A DNA stretch of 64,000 nt, taken from positions 3,472,001 through 3,536,000 of the forward strand of contig CATNEN010000031.1 in NCBI GenBank assembly GCA_950097015.1, written 5' to 3'. The notes under the pieces were generated by a model. The model ran no database searches. It worked only from the letters and a program-made list of their open reading frames with translations, and was not told the DNA's origin. The position numbers and the translations under genes were made by a program. This document shows, one piece after another, positions 51,701-64,000 of the stretch; position 1 is the stretch's first letter; the number at the start of each line of letters is the position of its first letter. Source of the DNA: Macrostomum hystrix (Eukaryota > Animalia > Platyhelminthes).

Positions 51701-53707
51701 ATTTAGTGCTCGCAATTTAGCTGTGAGGTCTGGAGCTCGAATCTCAGACAGTCGAAAGAAATCATTTTCTTGAGCAAGAGTTCAGTTCGTCGAATTGTAA
51801 AATGGTATATTGGTTTGCCTGCCTTTAGTGCGGGTTGTATTGCGCGGGCCGGTCATTCAATCGAAGGGGGCCGCGACCGAAGCCACAGCTACGATAGAAC
51901 TCAGTTTTTTTATTTCTTCAAACTCATTCGGTCGTCTCTCAGGAGGTAGTGGCGGCCGCCTGGACCTGACAGTCACGCCCAGACTGCCTTCGGGTCGTCA
52001 GCTAGAGGAACTGGTGCTGACTATCCCGATGCCGCGCGCAGTGTCCGGCGTCAGCCTGGCGGCCAGCGTCGGCAAGTACAGCTTCGACGGCGCCAGCCGA
52101 ACCCTGGTGTGGAATGTGGGCCGGACCGACGCCCAGAAGGGCGTTGCTCCGCTCAGTCTGCGTGGAACGGTGAGAAAAAAGTCTTTATGTTGCGAATACT
52201 TTTTTGTTTGCCCCGATGCTTTCAAACTGGCTTAACCTTAGCTTCAGGTCTGAGTTTTCACTTTAACCCTTCTGCTGCTTCTGCTTCTTTCATCCTTTAG
52301 GACTGTTACTTTGATCCTTTAGGACAGATTATTTGATAGTTCAGGACAGTTTATTTGATAGTTCAGGGCTGTTCCTCCGATACTTCAGGACTGTTCTGCT
52401 GATACTTCAGGACTGTTCTTCTGATACTTCAGGACAGATTATTTGATAGTTCAGGACTGTTCCTCCGATACTTCAGGACTGTTCCTCTGATACTTAGGAC
52501 TATTCTTCTGATACTTCAGGACTGTTCCTCTGATACTTCAGGACAGATTATTTGATAGTTCAGGACTGTTCCTCCGATACTTCAGGACTGTTCCTCTGAT
52601 ACTTCAGGACTATTCTTCTGATACTTCAGGACTGTTCCTCTGATACTTCAGGACTGTTCCTCTGATACTTCAGGACTGTTCCTCTGATACTTCAGGACTG
52701 TTCCTCTGATACTTCAGGACTGTTCCTCTGATACTTCAGGACTGTTCCTCTGATACTTCAGGAATGTTCCTCTGATACTTCAGGAATGTTCCTCTGATCC
52801 TCCCTGAATCTTTAATAACCTATGTCCGTTGGATCATTGATTTCTTTCAGCTCTTAATCCAAACCGGAGCTCAGGTGCCTGATTGTCGGCCAAGCATTCT
52901 AGTCAGTTTCAGCATCACCGGCTGGACCATCTCCGGCTTGAAGGTCAACCGGCTAGATTTGCACGGCGAGGTGAGCTCTCTTGGTATCATTATTTTATTT
53001 TTATTTGCCTTTCGTTATGCGCTTCATCGATGAGCTACTTACAGTAGTATGAAATTAATAATTTTCGTGGTTACCTACAGAGCAAGCCGGTACTGCATCA
53101 GAACACTTCGGTAGGCGCGCTATATTTTTGTGGCCTTTGTAGTCTCATTTTCCTCCGCTTCTAACTGCTTACTTGCGTCCTTATAAGTTATCGATTGATT
53201 ATTGTTGCTCCATTACATTCATTTAGAGCTTTACAAGCAGATAAGGATTTCTTAACTATTCGATTTCTTTAAAACTTGTATCCGGTGCTGTTTTCGGTTG
53301 ATGACTTTCATTGTTTCATTTACTAATTTTTACGAAGTGAAACGATTAGCGGCGTGTCCTAATGTTACTTTAACTATTGGAAACAATGGCTTTTATCTAA
53401 TCCAGATTGCACGATCAAAGTTTAATGTGTACTTTGGGGAGAGCTTTGAACTTCTGACAGAGGGGTCGGGCGTTCGAAACTCATTCCAGATAGTGAAATT
53501 TAAATGGGCGTGTCTTCCCGCAGTCCACGGACTGACCAGTGTTGTACACAGCTCACAATAACTGCCGCTGTGCCACTGGCCTGTGTGTGTTTCCCTATTC
53601 TATTCTATTGGTTCCACCCAAACATATCCGTCGAATTTCAGAAGTACAAACCGTTCAAAGGTGTGAAATATGTGACCAAAGCAGGCAAGCTGGAGTTCAG
53701 GACATGA
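48764..53707 (+). CDS. AP3M1: AP-3 complex subunit mu
   Basis: Exons 48764-48798, 49536-49614, 49773-49991, 50922-51447, 51943-52169, 52851-52970 and 53642-53707; phases are consistent. Encodes MIHSIFVINNSGDIFLEKHY, LLDEVLDNGFPLATEPNILKELI, WRRSGVKYANNEAYFD and KYKPFKGVKYVTKAG. AP3M1 and AP3M2 cannot be distinguished here. Confidence 0.95.
50225..50825. repeat. 36-bp minisatellite, about 16 copies, AP3M intron 3
   Basis: Unit CCTAACCTGCCGTAGTTACCTGGGAGTCAGTGA(T/C)(A/T)G. Confidence 0.95.
51385..51398. promoter_or_regulatory. Perfect RFX X-box palindrome inside AP3M exon 4
   Basis: The sequence is GTTGCCATGGCAAC; function is untested. Confidence 0.35.
52300..52800. repeat. 22-bp minisatellite (TTCAGGACTGTTCCTCTGATAC) with variant units, AP3M intron 5
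   Basis: Tandem units, with a repeated block of about 110 bp containing the GGACAGATTATTTGATAG variant. Confidence 0.93.
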
Positions 53708-54204
53708 GATTAGCAGCAGCAGCAGCAGCAGCAGCGGTACCATTCTGCAGCATTGGTACAATGTTCTGTATTTTATTTTGTAACTCTTTAACATGCGCCT
53801 AAATATTATCTTGTCATTAAATCAGTTTTAAAGTGCTTTTCAAACGCCTCTTTTAATTATTTTCGTGGATACAGAGTTGATTAGATCTGATTAAAAATTC
53901 TGTTGTCAAAATGCAGTTATGGTGCTGATTAACACATGTTGTGCATCTATTTATATTTGTATCTGATTATTTTCCTTATACTCCTATACAAGTATGTGCC
54001 TCTTAATTGTTTCATTTCCAAAACTCCAAGCAAAATATTTTATTTCCTTCTTTATATTCCTCTTACATTGTCTAAATTTTCCTGTGGTGAATATGGCTTT
54101 CTTTTTTTGTTTGATTTTCTCTTTTTCTCTTAATGCGTCTTATTTACTGCATATATTTTTATTTCCAAACACTAATTGCACATTTCCACATATTGTGATA
54201 TTTC

Positions 54205-55590
54205 TTCTGTGGGATATTTCCTCCCTCCAGTGTGTGGGATATGATCTCTCCCTTCAGTGTGTGGGATATGATCTCTCCCTTCAGTGTGTGGGATATGATC
54301 TCCTCCATCCAGTGTGTGGGATATTTTCTCCTTTATCCAGTGTGTGGGATATTATCTCCTCTATCCAGTGTGTGGGATATTATCTCCTTTATCCAGTGTG
54401 TGGGATATGATCTCTCCCTCCAGTGTGTGGGATATGATCTCTCCCTCCAGTGTGTGGGATATTATCTCTCCCTTCAGTGTGTGGGATATTATCTGCTCCA
54501 TCCAATGTGTGGGATATTATCTCTCCATCCAGTGTGTGGGATATGATCTCTCCCTTCAGTGTGTGGGATATGATCTCTCCCTTCAGTGTGTGGGATATTA
54601 TCTCTCCCTTCAGTGTGTGGGATATGATCTCTCCCTTCAGTGTGTGGGATATGATCTCTCCCTTCAGTGTGTGGGATATGATCTCTCCATCCAGTGTGTG
54701 GGATATTATCTCTCCCTTCAGTGTGTGGGATATGATCTCTCCCTCCAGTGTGTGGGATATGATCTCTCCATCCAGTGTGTGGGATATTATCTCTCCCTTC
54801 AGTGTGTGGGATATGATCTCTCCCTCAGTGTGCGGGATATGATCTCTCCATCCAGTGTGTGGGATATGATCTCTCCATCCAGTGTGTGGGATATTATCTC
54901 TCCCTTCAGTGTGTGGGATATGATCTCTCCCTTCAGTGTGTGGGATATGATCTCTCCATCCAGTGTGTGGGATATGATCTCTCCCTTCAGTGTGTGGGAT
55001 ATTATCTCTCCCTTCAGTGTGTGGGATATTATCTCCTCTATCCAGTGTGTGGGATATGATCTCTCCCTTCAGTGTGTGGGATATGATCTCTCCCTTCAGT
55101 GTGTGGGATATTATCTCTCCCTTCAGTGTGTGGGATATGATCTCTCCCTTCAGTGTGTGGGATATGATCTCTCCCTTCAGTGTGTGGGATATTATCTCTC
55201 CCTTCAGTGTGTGGGATATGATCTCTCCCTCCAGTGTGTGGGATATTATCTCTCCCTTCAGTGTGTGGGATATGATCTCTCCCTCCAGTGTGTGGGATAT
55301 GATCTCTCCATCCAGTGTGTGAGATATTATCTCTCCCTTCAGTGTGTGGGATATGATCTCTCCCTCCAGTGTGTGGGATATTATCTCTCCCTCCAGTGTG
55401 TGGGATATTATCTCTCCCTTCAGTGTGTGGGATATGATCTCTCCCTTCAGTGTGTGGGATATGATCTCTCCATCCAGTGTGTGGGATATGATCTCTCCCT
55501 TCAGTGTGTGGGATATGATCTCTCCCTTCAGTGTGTGGGATATGATCTCTCCCTTCAGTGTGTGGGATATGATCTCTCCCTTCAGCTTGT
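54205..55590. repeat. 27-bp minisatellite (CAGTGTGTGGGATAT(G/T)ATCTCTCCCT(T/C)), about 50 copies
   Basis: Lies between the convergent 3' ends of AP3M and enkurin; it accounts for the periodic ORFs at 54232-55781. Confidence 0.96.
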
Positions 55591-56563
55591 GGGATCTCCG
55601 CTTAAAAAATCCTGAAATGTACTATAGTTATCATTCATTAAGCATTCATATTTTTAAAGAAACAGTTTTTTGTCTTTTTTGTCCAAGTGATATATATTTC
55701 TCTTTCCTATTATATATGCTGCGTTTTATTTCGTTTTTCGCCTGTCTCAGCTGTCTTCATTTTATATTTTACACTTTATAGCTAAATTCTGCGCTCTATG
55801 CTTTTATGTTGTCAGTCAGTAGCCAGTTTTTTGAGAAAACAAAAATAAACAGGTTGACCTGAGAAGAACTATTATTTGATCATTGCTTTGATCGCCGTAA
55901 TGGAAATACATGATAAAGAAAATAGAAATAATATTCGTTTTGTTTAATAAAACCTTTCTTCATGTACTTTTATTTTCGATTTCATAATAATTTTAATTTA
56001 ACATACAAGAAAATGTAGCATGTGAAATCATGTTCTGTATATAGTGCCGTTTAAGAGGATAACTGTTTTGTTTTGCAGCAGGCCACACCCACTATATAGC
56101 AAGACAACGAGCTACAGCTGCCCCCTTCGCATTGTTTATGCAGAATTTTAGCACTGGAACAATTCTTAGAAAACCCAGTAAAAGATTCACAAGGGAAAAT
56201 TCACTCTTTGAAATCGTAACGAAGAAAGGCTCTCGCCATAAGAGCGAAAGTATCGATAGATTATATGTACTTTCAGGGATTTCTAGAGGCGAACGCGTGC
56301 AGACGCTCAAACCCAGCTCAAGTGAGTAGTGAGCTTACAATACTCGTACTCAGATGACGAAAATAACCAGGCGAAAAAATCGGAGCCTATGCCTTTGAAC
56401 AGATTATTAAAGTACAGAAAGTTAAGTCGGACATATTCTAAGAAACGTGCCAATTGATATCGGCCAGTCCGATTCAATTCTGGCGTCTGTTTGTTGCCCA
56501 TTAGCGTAACTAGAGAAAATTAATTTCGAACAAAATAAATTAAGAGTAGTGTCCGGGGCGGTG

Positions 56564-58262
56564 TCAGTTGGCCAAGTAGATCACCTGGTGACGCTCCATC
56601 AGTTCAATGTCGCGTTCCAGCTGCTTCATCTCGCTCTCGATGCGCTCCTTGCGGTTCTTCTTGGGCACTGTGTCTGTCATGACGCTGAGCGACTGGTACT
56701 GATGGTGCAGCTCCTCCCAGTTCTTCTTCAGGCCGAACACGATCGCCTGCCGCTCCTCCTCCGTCAGCTGCTGCATCGTGCCGCGCCGCTTCATCTCCTT
56801 AACGTAGTTGTCGTACTCCTCTTGGGCGCGCCGGATCTCGTCGGCGCGCTTCTTCAGGTACTCCGGCACCTCGCCGTAGTCCTTGCGGTTCCGGTAGACC
56901 GGCTCCAGGCCGCTGGGATCGAGGGGAAACTTGTCGCCGTGGCGCGTGTCAACCAGATTCTTCTCGGGCTTCTTGGCAACAGACAGGATGTTCTCGACTG
57001 CGTTCTGCGCAATGAAATTCTTCTTGGTCTTGATGCCCATTACTGGGGGCGCGTCCGTTGACTTTGGCACAGGCGGCCGGCGGGGCCCACTTGACCTGTC
57101 CTGCTCATTAGGGTCAACGACCGCTGCAGAAGAGGTTGGAGATTGTAATTAATATTACCATTATTCGTTTCAAAGGTAATCGCCACTCACCAACTGGCGG
57201 CTTGGTCTCTCTGGTGTGCTTCTTCAGAAATTCATTGGGCTGCGGCACGGGAACCTGGGCCTCGCCCATGGTCCTGTGCGCGTACCGGTTGGCTGCGTAC
57301 TCATCCTTCACGTTGGACTTGAACCTAGACTGGTGCCTAAAATTAAATTAATGTTTCGGTGGAATCTTAACTAATCGAGGCTAGATCAAATGATCTACAT
57401 ACTTTTAATTTTCTTAGATGAAATATCCTTTTTTGCACCTAATAAATTCTCAAGAGTAGTTTTAGTAATATAAAATATATTCACACCTAGACTTTGAGAT
57501 TTAGACACAAGTTTCATTTATACTATCTAATACAAATGCGTTTAGATTAAAAAACAAATGCTTTAATTCCCTGAATTTGTGATTCGCACATTAAACAAAA
57601 AATATTTTACTCATTGTTTCAAAAGAAAAAAATATAGTTTCTTCTGTTTTTCATAAATAACTTAAAATTTAGATAATTTAGAGCAAATATATGAATATAA
57701 GTAGATTTTCTTTTAGTGTAAAGAAAGCAGTTTTATTACTTCAATGAAATACAACTTCATAATACTCATACGCTCATAGTAAAAAATTCTCAATCAGTGG
57801 AATTATACACTTTAGCTCTAGATACACTATAAACATATATTTATGTTGTTGTTTATATTTTATATTTAAAAGTTAACGCTTCAAATTTAAGCAAATTTTT
57901 TTCGAAAGTCCTTCACAACCGTAAAATACATTTCTCTAAGCTTTGGTAAGTTAAACCTATGCTATTGTGTTTATGGAAACAAACTGTTGTGAGAAAATTG
58001 ATACTGAAAAATCGTTGTATTTCTAATTGCTTTTATGATCACTATACATATCTGAAAAAAATGCAATCAGATTGACAAACTGATATACAGGCCCTTCAAT
58101 CTAAAGTAAAATCTATATTTTATAAACGTAATTAAGCTAGTTAGGCTTTCGAATAATAGTATTCACTTCAAGCAGATATTAAGATACTTACTTCGGTGGC
58201 TTAGCTGCTGCGACTTCCTGGCGAGGAATCAAATTGTAGATATTTTCTGTATGGCTGCTCAT
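56564..58262 (-). CDS. ENKUR: Enkurin (ciliary/flagellar, TRPC-interacting protein)
   Basis: Exons 58262-58192 (MSSHTENIYNLIP), 57336-57191 and 57123-56564; phases 2 and 1 are consistent. Encodes KKNFIAQNAVENILSVAKKP, KDYGEVPEYL and GLKKNWEELHHQYQSLSVMTDT. Confidence 0.93.
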
Positions 58263-60443
58263 CTTTGCTTTCGAAGAGTAAATCAATGCGAAAGATAAAA
58301 AGTGTTTTTGAATCCAGAACGCGGTAAAGTTAGTAATTTTAAACTTATTTAAAATAGGTTTTAAACTATTTGCAATTTGCTTAGATACTGAACTCATTTT
58401 ATGCTTAAACAAGATTATTTTATTACAACAAGAAATTATTATATTGTAGCAAAATATATCAGATTTACAACTTAATTTAAACATCCTAGAAAAAAATATT
58501 TTTACATTTTGTTTTACTTAATAGTAGCAAACACTCCGCGTAAAGGGGAAACCCGGAGTAGGATTAGATATTCGTAATATTCTATATATTCGTTAGTTTA
58601 TTTTTCTGAAAAAAGGATCAGTATCATTTCTGCTTCAATATTATATTACATTACATCTCAAGATTCTAAATTACACCAAGAGTTCCACAAATCTAAGTGT
58701 TTTATTAGAAGAAGTTGCAATTAGTTCTCTACAAAGTAAAAGCAGCATGAGTTCTAGAAAAAAATATTTCGACGCATATAATTCGTATAAATATTAGCAT
58801 TTAAACAATATTCGGCATAGGCTAACTTTATTTCTTTGTGCGCGTGTTGCTGTATGTGATGTGCACATTACAGCATGTTTTGGTTTCTGACGTGGCTTTT
58901 ATCGAGGTGTTAAAGCTTGTCCAACTACTCAAAAATCCAAATGATCGAGCAGCTGCATCTTATATGCGGATAGTCGTATTTGTCAGTTTTCCAACGCCTT
59001 AAATGCTCAGTACATGTAAGGATGCACTTTCTGATGAGTGATACAATCAAAACTTTTCAAGACAATGATTGGAAAACCCCGAATATATTTTTCAATCCCT
59101 CCGGACCCATCCATCCCTTCTCGATCCCCTGTCTCATCCATCCCACTGTCGTCTCATCTCTCCTTTATTTTTATCTTAGCCGTCTCAAATCCCACCCTGT
59201 CCCATTTGCCTATGGGACTCAATTTCTATTCTTATCTTATACCTCTTTAATAATGACAGATGCAAAGGATTCATATCCTGCTGGCTAGCTTGTTTGGAGG
59301 CGAGGAAAAAGTTAAAACACAAAAATTTCCCGCTTCCAGGCAGCCTCTACAACGATATTCACTTAATAGTCTACTGCCTTATTAATTTAGACAGTTTAAA
59401 TCAGTAAAGAAAGTGATCGGAAACTGCTAAACACTGCAAGACTTGTCGAGTTTGAGTACATATAATGCAGTGAAATCAGATGAGAATAAACTTAGGATCA
59501 CCAGGTAACCGGAGCCAATTAATGATGAGATGACAATTGTGCGCCATCAAGGCTAATTAAGAGACTAATTACAAGAAGCGGCAAGCCAAAGAAATCGTTG
59601 TAGGAAAAAAGCTGACAAAAACTCCGCCAGTAATTTGGGTTTCTGAGGTCGGGTTCACCTCCTCAGGCTGCTTTCACTTAATTTGCAGAAAAAAATTCCA
59701 CCTTTACGGCCCACGAAGCACGATGGCCTGTGTTCCCTTCCGATGCTATTTTTTGCCTAATCAGAATTATTTCCCCATTTTTAGTCTTCTCCTTATGGCG
59801 GAGCTGTCATGCAAACTGCAGCTTCCCTACTGCAGCCTCGTCATCATCTTTATCCGTTTTCTTGGCGGGATTTTTCTCCTCCTCTACAAAGAAACTGTAT
59901 CTGGTCCCGTCTCTTTTTTCCTTGCTCCCGGGCCAGATCCCTGCTTTTTTCTGCAACCCACATCGTCCCTATATAGCTTCCATTGAGGACTGGGATTTCA
60001 GGCCAGCTTAATTATGCGCTTTGGCGGCAAGGCCAACTCCCAAACCGCCAAGGGTCTCTCTGAAGTTTTTCCGCCGCAAAACTGGCGCTCGCTTTCCTTT
60101 CTCTCTCTCTCTTCCTCAAGCAGCCGCAATGTCTGCTCCGCAATAGTCGGCTCGACTGGAGGGGACGGAGGGAGGGGGGTTGGCGGGCCTTTTGGGGACG
60201 TGTCGAGACAAGAAGAAGCGTCTCAACCATGATCCACCCGCCGGAAGCCGTCCCGCCAGCCCATTGGTCGCCGCATCCAGCCAATCGGAGCTCGCTTCGA
60301 ACGGAGATTCTGGCGGCACAGCTAGACAGCCATAGACGAAGATAAATGCATTTTAAAATCGAGACCAGCTCCTCACTGTCTGCTTTGTAGCCAAACCTCT
60401 GTCTCCCTGTGTCATCTTTCCTCGCTATCTCGAGAGCGTCATC

Positions 60444-61225
60444 ATGGCCTTTAACGCAGCCGCTGAGAGCAGAGCCATTGCCGGCGGCTACTTGCCGCCA
60501 CCGCCGCCACCGCCACCGCCGCCTCCGTCGGGGCAACTGCCGCAGAGGCAGTCGCATTTGCACGGCGCCGGCGGTCCGCTGTCGCACCCGCACCATCCGA
60601 CATCATCGCATCTTCATCAGCCAACACCGCAAGTGCATCCGCCGCCGCCGCCGCCGCCACCGCCTCCGGCCGCATTTTTCTGGCCGCTGAGCTACCCAGC
60701 CGCTTATCACCACGCTGCAGCGCCAGACCTGGAGAATTTCTATCGGTTCGGCTACCACGGCGCTCTGCAGATGGGAGGCGGCTGCGGCAGCGGCGGCAGC
60801 GGTGGTGGTGGACGTGGCTAGTAGCAGGAAAATGTCAGAGATGCATCTTGACGCTTCGGCAGGCTTTGGCGGCTTTGGCTGCCATCCTGGCGGTCAGCAC
60901 CAGCTGCAGAACCAGCACCAGCACCAGCAGCACCAGCTGCAGCATCCGCAACCTCAGCAACAGCAGCAGCAGCAGCAACAGCAAAACATGGACACACTAA
61001 AAGTCATGGGCGGCATGGGCAGCGGTGGCAGCCGGGACGATCGCTGCAACGATGACAACGCCGACATGAGCGGAGACCAGGTCGACGACGACTGCGGAAG
61101 CCGACGGCGACATTAGTGGCGTCGACGGCGGTGACGGAGGTGACGGCGGCGTTGGCGGCAGCGGCGTTGCTGGCGGCATGGAGGGACCTCCATTCCGAGG
61201 CTTCAAGTGCAAAATCTGTCACCAG
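60444..61225 (+). CDS. 5' part of a probable C2H2 zinc-finger transcription factor, split over three reading frames
   Basis: Pro/His-rich segment (60444-60821), then a Gln/His-rich segment in the +1 frame (about 60802-61100), then a Gly-rich segment ending PFRGFKCKICHQ|GTAAG (donor at 61226) in the next +1 frame. The rest of the finger was not found in the window. Confidence 0.55.
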
Positions 61226-62554
61226 GTAAGATAAAATGGTCTGTTTAGCACCGTTGCACTGAATCTTGCTTACCTTTTTGTCGCAATTTGATTGAAATTT
61301 CCAATCGGCATTCACAAATCCGTCGCAGCTCAGTCATTTCCGTTTCCTCAGCAGAGCCAGACACTGAAAAAACTCGGTTTCGGAGCCAGTTGTAAATTTT
61401 TTCAGTTTTCTCAGACGAATTAGTGAGTTCTTCTGTTCTAAACGCAGGTTTTTCAACAAATTCTTCCAACAAGAAATTTAAATCTGTGCAAGAAAAGTAT
61501 CATCAGAAACACTGGCGCCAGAGGCTGAGTAGGGAACCATTTGTTAAGCTTTTTATCTCCGCGCGGCTTGCGGAAAACTGTACGGATGACAACGGCGCTG
61601 ATTGACAGGATGGGGCAGGCTGTTTGAGTGCTTTGACGGGTGACGGCAGCAGTTGTGTAGGATGGTGAAGCATAAAAAATATAATGCAGAACTATTCACA
61701 GCAGCAGCAGCCGCATCTCTGCACTGCTTTTCGAAGTCAATGGACCGAACGTGGTCAGGTTCTGCAGCAACTATAGTCAGCATCACAGCAGCATCTGTAT
61801 GTGGGGTAGAATAGGATTGAAATTTACGCACAAAAACACACTTCAGCACCACGACAATGCTATGAGGACACAGGTGCGTTTAGCATAGATAGCAACAATA
61901 ATTTGGCGTGACCATTTGTTTAGTTCTTAGGGAATGATGATTGTCTTTGTCCCTAAACTCTCAGCTGATGCTCAATAACTACGAGTTATTAAAAACAGTT
62001 ATTTAGGCTTCTGCAGGGTTTGAACTCAGGACCTCGACTAAGAATAATTCAGTTACAGGATCTTCTATAGCATGGTCTTTGTTCTCTTTGTTCGGCTTTA
62101 ATATGCACGACTGAAAACTTTTGTTAAGATGTTGAATGCTAAATTTAGAATTAAACTTTTTGAAAAGCAAGCTGAATTAGTCGGCCAAACTCGGCCTTCG
62201 AGCTCAACCGTTGGGATGTGGGAGTCAGGGAGGAGGTGTATGTGGGGGTCGATTTGATTGACAGGGGGCGCGTGCATGCGAGACAAGCTCATGGCATGTG
62301 GGACCAGGCTAGCCCAGCAGGCCCAACTGTCTGCGCAACGCGAGCTGTGAGATTTCGTGAATCATTCAATAAAAAGCTCAGCTATATGAAAACAGCTTTT
62401 CTTTGCGACAAAAAACTCATGCAGGAACATGAGGGACCCGGGTATTCGGACAAAATCTGTGATTAACACAAGGACACCACCTGCACTTACTTCCCTGCAT
62501 CTAGGCCTGCCCAGCAAGACCAACAGCGGATTCCCTTGTCGAATTCCCAGCCAA

Positions 62555-63250
62555 GTGGGAGTCCTTGGGCGGATTCCCAACCAAGTCGGATTCCCAATAA
62601 ATTCGGATTCCCAATAAATTCGGATTCCCAACCAAGTCGGATTCCCAACCAAGTCGGATTCCCAATCAAGGCGGATTCCCAATCAAGTCGGATTCCCAAT
62701 CAAGGCGGATTCCCAATCAAGGCGGATTCCCAACCAAGTCGGATTCCCAATCAAGGCGGATTCCCAATCAAGGCGGATTCCCAATCAAGTCGGATTCCCA
62801 ATCAAGGCGGATTCCCAACCAAGGCGGATTCCCAACCAAGTCGGATTCCCAATCAAGGCGGATTCCCAACCAAGTCGGATTCCCAATCAAGGCGGATTCC
62901 CAATCAAGGCGGATTCCCAACCAAGTCGGATTCCCAACCAAGTCGGATTCCCAATCAAGGCGGATTCCCAATCAAGTCGGATTCCCAACCAATTCGGATT
63001 CCCAATCAAGTCGGATTCCCAACCAAGTCGGATTCCCAATCAATTCGGATTCCCAATCAAGGCGGATTCTCAATCCATTCGGATTCCCAATCAAGGCGGA
63101 TTCCCTGGGCGGATTCCCTGGGCGGATTCCCTGGGCGGATTCCCTGGGCGGGTTCCCAATCAAATCGGGTTCCCTGGGCGGATTCCCAATCAAGTCGGGT
63201 TCCCTCGGCGGATTCCCAAATTAAGTCGGGTTCCCTGGGCGGATTCCCTA
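62555..63250. repeat. 17-bp minisatellite (GGATTCCCAA(T/C)CAAG(G/T)C), about 40 copies
   Basis: Tandem units visible directly; it accounts for ORF 62536-63294. Confidence 0.94.
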
Positions 63251-63726
63251 GTCGCATTTTACATAGGTCTCTTTATGGCTCATTTAATCAGTAAAATTCT
63301 AAGCGCAAGGACCAGTAAACCCAATGATTTACTAACACTGACGATGCCGAGCTAGCAGATTTTTAAAATTATTTTATAAAGTGAAAATAAATCGCTGGAA
63401 ATCACGTTTTGTTTAAGACCCGAGCGGTATGAGTCAGTTTACTGATGCTGAATGGACTCAGGTAAGAAGCAGACAGACAGTCTGGAAGAAATGCAGCAGC
63501 TATAGAGACTCTAGGCTCTTTGTTACTATCGGGGGTCGTTTAAGTGGAGAGAGACAGCAAATTTAAGCTAAATTAGTTGCTTATTGCTCATCTGAGTCTT
63601 CAACTGTCCGACCGTACCTTGAATTCCCTTTTCTTCTCAAGCACATTGCTTGTGCACTTAAATTTAAGAGGCCTCTAGAATTAACTTGTCTGCATCTCAG
63701 TCAAAAGTGGCCAGGCAGTCATCTGT

Positions 63727-63727
<1 letters not shown>

Positions 63728-63766
<39 letters not shown>
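63728..63766. repeat. (TGC)13 microsatellite
   Basis: Visible directly. Confidence 0.95.
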
Positions 63767-63767
<1 letters not shown>

Positions 63768-64000
63768 TCTGGTCCGGCGGTGAAAGGCAAACAAACCGCT
63801 TCTGACATTTATAATGTTATGGCCTGTCTCTCTAGTGTCACCGAGATTTCAACATCTCAAATAGTTTCAATGGATTTATTGAAGAATTGAGGCTTTTGAT
63901 AATAAGCGTCACTTGAAATCGGGAGAAATTGTTGCATGCGGCTGGTTTTGCTTTGAGATATTTGTGCTTCGACAAATATTCCAGTGAGCAAAGCCACGAA

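Noticed and set aside
54232-55781. Long ORFs (up to 433 aa) with LQCVGYDLS / SVWDMISPF repeats
   Set aside because: Products of a 27-bp minisatellite that lacks stops in two frames; there is no splice context or domain.
57967-57980. X-box/forkhead-like GTGTTTATGGAAAC in enkurin intron 1
   Set aside because: Only the right half fits the X-box (3 mismatches); expected by chance in AT-rich DNA.
62536-63294. 252-aa repetitive ORF and possible NF-kB, Su(H) or Ikaros site array
   Set aside because: A 17-bp minisatellite; the motifs match only partially and nothing supports function.
63429-63461. ATG...CAG|GTAAG segment (MSQFTDAEWTQ) as the next zinc-finger exon
   Set aside because: The nearest acceptor gives a stop in phase 0 and the peptide does not continue a C2H2 finger; it may belong to another transcript but is unsupported.

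Overview
Eukaryotic (animal) genomic DNA with GC-rich exons, AT-rich GT-AG introns and many minisatellites. The style suggests a free-living flatworm such as Macrostomum (inference only). Ten spliced protein-coding loci can be reconstructed by hand: a very large NWD2-like NACHT-WD40 gene (minus, runs off the left edge), an ELAV/Hu RNA-binding protein, a class A peptide-type GPCR, LAMTOR1, CCDC124, a ZMYM/woc-family DUF3504 protein, RBBP4, PSMC3, the AP-3 mu subunit and enkurin, plus the 5' part of a C2H2 zinc-finger gene. Mobile DNA includes a three-copy TIR MITE family, a hAT-type MITE with a second MITE nested in it (both with perfect 8-bp TSDs), a tRNA-derived SINE-like family and a 3' scrap of an RTE-like LINE. 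No rRNA, intact tRNA or CRISPR array was found. Most notable: (1) the apparently separate 920-aa ORF splices in frame onto the NWD2-like gene, giving a >2,600-aa STAND protein with an N-terminal cupin-like domain and a long alternating-charge (REDRPERT)n linker; (2) the first introns flanking the PSMC3/AP3M bidirectional promoter are almost free of CpG, a possible germline methylation footprint; (3) the ZMYM-type protein appears to lack MYM zinc fingers and needs a GC-AG intron; (4) the GPCR and zinc-finger genes have unexplained +1 frame discontinuities; (5) a perfect RFX X-box lies inside an AP3M coding exon near enkurin. All exon boundaries and counts were read by eye and need confirmation with transcript data.
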